Shown piece after piece: positions 58,860-64,000 of a DNA stretch of 64,000 bases. The notes beneath the pieces were generated by a model. That model was given only the letters and a program-made list of their open reading frames with translations, ran no database searches and was not told where the DNA came from. The translations under genes were made by a program, and so were the position numbers. Source of the stretch: Microbotryum violaceum (Eukaryota); contig CDLV01000020.1 of NCBI GenBank assembly GCA_001244265.2, forward strand, positions 62,001-126,000, in the 5' to 3' direction. Position 1 is the stretch's first letter, and the number at the start of each line of letters is the position of its first letter.

Positions 58860-61052
58860 CATCTATACGCGATAGGTGTACTCCGAAACGTGTTTCCACG
58901 TACTCCCGACGAGGATGCTTTCCACCCGGGCATCGGCCGTGCCGTCCGCCACCGTCACCAATACAGCCGGATCGTTCTCCGGATCGTTCTGATCGTAACG
59001 GACCTCGGTATGAGCTTGGTTCAGCCCAGTGACGACGAGGCGACCAGGGAGCTCGTTCAAGGCGGCTTTTTGCGAGTCCGTGAGGTAATATACGATATTT
59101 TGATCGTGGTGCGCGTACCGGGCCGCTCAGCCACCTTGTTGGCGCAGTCACAGAAGCTTTGGTGACGTTCGAACGTATTTGAGCTAATCGGTTCTGCAGA
59201 CCCAAACATCGTCGAAATCAATGGTTCGTTTCAGCTTCGTTATCATTAGAGCAGTCTAAGACCGTACGGCTGCCATAGCCGAGTGAAGTACTCCAGCGGG
59301 CAAAGCGTTAAAAACGTCCACGGTCAAGAGGTACTCCAAGTCCGACATGGGGGCAAATTGGCTCGGGGTTCTGTAGGTTGATAGGCTCACCCTGAAGCAC
59401 GAAAAGTCCAGGGTGAATTGAGCGATTCCTTAACCTCTCGATCTTGATCACTACAAGACAAGAAGCAACTACCGTCTACTCGTTGCTCTTTTACTAGTCG
59501 ATGTGGACATGAAAGGTTGGGCCCAGTGGATTTCGACGGCATCGTGAAATGATTCGAAGGGAAGGTCGTCCCAGGTGATGAGCGCGGCTCGGTCGGTGAG
59601 AACGGCGTAGAGCAAAGTGGTGTACACGCCTAGTAACCTGTACACTTAGAAGGGATAGTGAACAAAGAAATGGCGCATCAGTCTGACTGCTCTTCATATG
59701 ACGGCCAAAGTGGGCTGAATAAAATGGCGTACCGGTCCGAAGTGCCACCACAATGTGTTGGAAAGGGATGCGCGAGCAGTGATGGCCAGGAGCGTCTGTG
59801 GAGTTTTGGGCAGTTTTAGGCCAGGGAAGCGCGACTGCGTCGACGGCGGTGCGGAGTCCGACTGATTGGTTCCTCACCAACCATTGGCTTTGCTACTGAC
59901 CGCTGACTGAACATAGTGTTCTCGCTCCCTGGACCAAATACCGCCTCGCACCGAAGTTTAACTCAATGAACACCTTTCGGACAGATGCCTTCGAGAATCT
60001 TGGGGGGGCCGAACCCCGGTCAGAATCTCGTGGTGTAGCTTCGCATAGTCCACCCTCTACGAAGTGTTTCGACATTGCGATTGTGGGCGACCGGTCCGCC
60101 ATTCGTGTTGCAGCGTCGCCCATCTGAGTGGGAGGGGCGCAAGGGGATAGAACCACGAGGTCAATGTGAGCCATGCGTTCGGCAGTACTAGTCTGCGCGA
60201 CACGTGCTTCAAGCTCACTTTGACCTGGACCCATTTTTAGAAATATAGTTCCCCGTCCCAGAACCCTCTCGCACCATCGCAGGGCCTTCATGAATCCGTG
60301 CTAGAAATGGCGAGCTCTGCGAGATTCCGACAGGCGTGCCTATCTGCGAAAGGGTCCTCGTCGACAGGAGCCGGTCTCTGATGGGAGCCTCCTCCTGCAC
60401 ACGGTGAAAGGATGAGGCGGGTGTGAGAGAGAGGAATAAGGTCAGATCCATAATCTCCGGCATTTGGGACCTGTACACGGCCCAATGATGTGACCACTAG
60501 TAGCCTGTGACCTTCGGGTCTTTGAAACTCATCCATTGCTCAACACTCTTCGAGAGCGCTTCTATGATCTTGGTGAGACTCTCCTGAGGTTGCACCAACT
60601 TCCATTCAATTGCTCCAAAGTTCAGACTCTCCGAACCAATCGAGTCCATGAGCTTGCTCAATACCTGCTCCAGCCTGGCCAGACAGAGCCCACTGATCAA
60701 AATGCGACAGACCGCAGGCGATGGCTCCGCGGATTCCCGCGACGCGGTACTATCCGATTTGATACGCGCCGGCCACAGCAAGTACGATTGATGCCACGGC
60801 GACGAAGACAATGGCCACGAAAGATTCGTGTCCTTTTGTTCGATTCTTGACATACCGCCCATTGCGGATTCCAGTGTACAACGCTGTTGCTGCCAGGTGA
60901 CTCCGAGAGTCGTTAAACGTTGTGAAAATGCCGCGCGTCCTCGTCCCGTTTTTCGGTGCCTGGGTCGATGTTGAAGACGGTGTGTGGTTTTGCCACCATC
61001 GATCTTTCGCACTCAGAATATCAACGATGTCAGAATCGCTAGGATAATTCAT
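58860..61052 (-). pseudogene. Degenerate fucosyltransferase-like type II membrane protein gene
   Basis: An N-terminal TM segment FVAIVFVAVASIVLAVAGAY is followed by an in-frame TAG at 60750. A spliced motif HCGGTSDR|LLGVYTTLLYAVLTDRAALITW (~59570-59770) resembles GT37/GT23-like 'GLGNR..AFLYALLTDR', and IVYYLTDS (~59075-59100) resembles FucT motif II. Frames are broken. Confidence 0.5.
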
Positions 61053-61759
61053 GTCGGTGAGTAGTCGTTGAAGGAGTGATGGTCGGAAAGCAATCATTGG
61101 GAGCCACGTCGGCAGTGCGAGTGACACTTTAGGTCGGACGCCGGTTGACGGGCACCTACCGCCGCACTGCCCATTGACCCGATTACAGGGGCGAGTCTCA
61201 CTCACCAAGCCATTACCATGCCATGACCTATCAACTACCCAAGTAGCTACCCTTTTCACTTAGCAACTTGAATCTCCATTCCACCGGAAACATCGCGAGA
61301 AACAGAGGTCAGTACCTAGCTACAGAGCTACAGAGTGCAGCAACTTCTGGCCGAGGACATCCGCACGAAGTCCTGAGCGGCCAGAAATCGAGGGATCGGC
61401 AGGCACCGAGGGTACCGAGCGGTTGCCAGGTGTGAAGCTTACGATGATGATGGAGAACGCTTGCGAAGAAGATTGTGTACTCAAAACTGAAGGCTAAAGG
61501 CGGGAGTTGGAACGGAGTTTGGACGCTGCAATGCGTCGAGGTGAAAGCGGACTACGATTTCATCAAGGGTGGAAGGGGGAAATCGATTTCTTCGCGGACA
61601 GTCGAGGGTCACTACGGTCATTTACTAGGCGCATTCCGCGACAGGGAGGCCAGACGGGGAAGTGTTCGAGGCCCTCTTTCTCGCGTTCGTCCAGCTCGAG
61701 TGCACCGATCCACCTACCCAACCGACTCATCCGACGACCCAGCGCGTACATCCTCCAGC

Positions 61760-63401
61760 ATGAGCTCCAGCTATGGTACACGTCGTAGTTTGGCGTTGCA
61801 GGTCAGTCCTCTTGTCAGATTACAGTGGTCGCTGTTGTGCTCTCTTCTCTTGTCGGTTCGTGAATGGGAGCTCGGCCATGGCTTTTTGACCCCGTGCCCC
61901 ACTTGTTCCGATCCCGATCCCGGACCGCGGCTCCCCATCAGCCGCACCGAATGGGGGCTGTGGTGCATCCTGCATCGCAGGCACATAGTCATACCAGTCG
62001 CTGATTCGTAATCACACGTTCTCTCACAGCAACCACTTCACAACAACAATGCAGCGGCCGCGGCGGCATTGGCAGCAACAAACCCATCACCGAGGACAAT
62101 TCCCTCGGGTCGTCGTAGATCCTCGAACGTCGCGACCGCGCACGAGCTGGCCACCTCTTATGGCAGGAACGGACCCCTCGCTTCATCGCCTTTGCTCTCG
62201 TCCTCGGCAGGGAAACAGAAGCGCCCTTCGACGTTCAAAGCCGCACGCAGGACCTCGACCTCGCAGTCGCTGAGACCTCAAGCAGCCGACCTCGGCGTCG
62301 CTCGTTCGTTACCGACCCAACTCTCGGGGGCGCAGGCCAAGGGTGCGGGGAGTAAAGCACCGGCTATGTTGAGCAAGAGGGCTAGTCAATTCTCGGTCAG
62401 CGTGTTCGACGAGGACGAGGACGACGGGGAGATCAAACCGGGGGCCAAGAGGGAGAAAGGGACCACCGTTTACCAGTGCGAGATCTGCTCCAGTCAGTTC
62501 GGGGTGGGGTGTGGTCTGAGGCCTAGGGGTCCTGCTAGTTCACTAATTATAATGTTTTCAATTCTATGGCGTCAAGCAGAAATGTACAAGCATGCCGCCT
62601 GCCTTCAGAAACACGTAAGCAGGAGCAGCTGTCCCGCGCTCGGGCCCGGTCATCCTCTGACAGCTGATCCCACCTCCTTTTCTTCTTCGATCGATGATGA
62701 TCGCTTGAACAATAAATGTCACTTCTACAGAGGTGGGAACACACTGAACAATGGCAAGAGGCGTCCAAGCTGTTGCTGTCCAAACATCAGCAGGTGCAGC
62801 TCTTCGAGGCCGCGGCCATTCTGCAGGTCGCTTCGGCCGGTGCCTCTTTACCTCAGGACAAGGCTTACTGGTGCGTGATCGATCTGTCGATACCTCAGAA
62901 GTGCCTCAAAGCTGATGGCCCCGCGCTGTGCAATCTCACAGGCCTGCCGCGATGTCACCCCCCTCTGCCGGACTGCTCGGCTCGCAAGCTTTTTCGCTGC
63001 AATCCCCGCGCATGCTGCAGTCGCTATCACTTCACTCGGACGATACACCGTACGGTTCTTCCTCGCAACCGGTCGCGCCGTCTTTTTCCGTGGCATCCTC
63101 TTCGGACGTCGAAGACGACGACGAGGATGACGATCTCGATCTTGACGAAAAAGTCAAGCTCGATGAGGGTGATGACGAGGATGACGACGGGGACGATGTC
63201 AGTGACATTATGGATGAGGTCGATGGTGGGATGTTTGATTTGGATCTAGGCGGTGGGATGGATGGGATTGAAGCGGAAGCTAGTCCGGCACCTCTGGCAT
63301 TGAGGAAAGAGCGAGGTCCCATTTTGGAGGGTGAGGGCGAACTGAGCTCGACGAGGATAGGCGCGACGACGATGATGACCTTGTCTTCGGGAAGGTATTG
63401 A
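61760..63401 (+). CDS. C2H2 zinc-finger protein (conserved fungal family), multi-exon; start uncertain
   Basis: Contains YQCEICS|..YKHAACLQKH|RWEHTEQWQEASKLLLSKHQQVQLFEAAAIL and an acidic C-terminus. Confidence 0.8.
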
Positions 63402-64000
63402 TCACATAGATGGATGAAGGCGTGGTCAGTGAGGTGGAATCTTGGGAGCTTCGAATACAAGAGTCGGGGCTCTGGGTGGGAAAGATCGTGTCGGAAATGA
63501 AGGTAGGAGATGGTGTATTTCATATTGGAGTCGCATGTGTATGTCATCAAACCTCATCAATGAAATATCCTTACCATGTCAGCCTCTTTCATTGCTCGAA
63601 GCTAGTGTACAACATCGAGAATCGCTGGTCGAAATGCTGATTCGATTCGAGGCGCCGCGATCGTGTTTTCGGAAAGGGGGGCCGCCACCTATTCAAACCC
63701 TATACTGCTCCCCTTTCCCTCTCGCTCATCATCCAAACCCCGACTCGGGTGCATCGGAAAACCCACGGCATCGTGCAAGCCTCCCCCCCCCCCCTCTCAC
63801 TTGCCAACCCCGACCACCTGGGTATCACCAGAGGTCCTACACCAGTTTGGTGGATCAGCACACTTCAACTTGTCCACGTCGCACCGAGGCGGTTCAATCG
63901 GATTGGGGCCTGCCTGCGCGCGCACACACACGCGTCATCGACACCCGCAGCCGGGAGCAGCCGGGCGCCCCACTCCATTCCAGCCTCCTTGCTTGCTGTT

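Overview
This is eukaryotic, intron-rich fungal DNA, most likely from a basidiomycete. The Copia, Helitron and LINE content and the CpG decay resemble Microbotryum-type Pucciniomycotina, but the organism is an inference. The left half (1-31.2 kb) is a nested, CpG-decayed transposon field. It holds two Ty3/Gypsy-like gag elements, several Ty1/Copia fragments and LTRs, short LTR-like insertions, a 5'-truncated Tx1/L1-like LINE, a solo LTR with a perfect TSD, and a Helitron cluster. Two host genes (MAK10/NAA35-like and PER1) are embedded in it. The Helitron cluster is the most unusual part: two oppositely oriented defective Helitrons whose outer ~1.1 kb arms are essentially identical enclose scrambled Pif1-helicase fragments, a ~140-bp satellite made from an exon-intron-exon piece of the helicase, and a TTAGGG/CTAG minisatellite. 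The right half (32-64 kb) is ordinary gene-dense euchromatin. It contains NC2-alpha (BUR6/DRAP1), TFIIS, a GH18 chitinase, an unknown membrane protein, DPH5, REX4, a Bem2-like RasGEF-PH-RhoGAP, NDUFS6, RPL43, a degraded fucosyltransferase-like gene and a C2H2 zinc-finger gene. No CRISPR, rRNA or tRNA could be supported. I found no clearly new enzymatic system; the best candidates for novelty are the Helitron-derived structures. All boundaries were read by eye.
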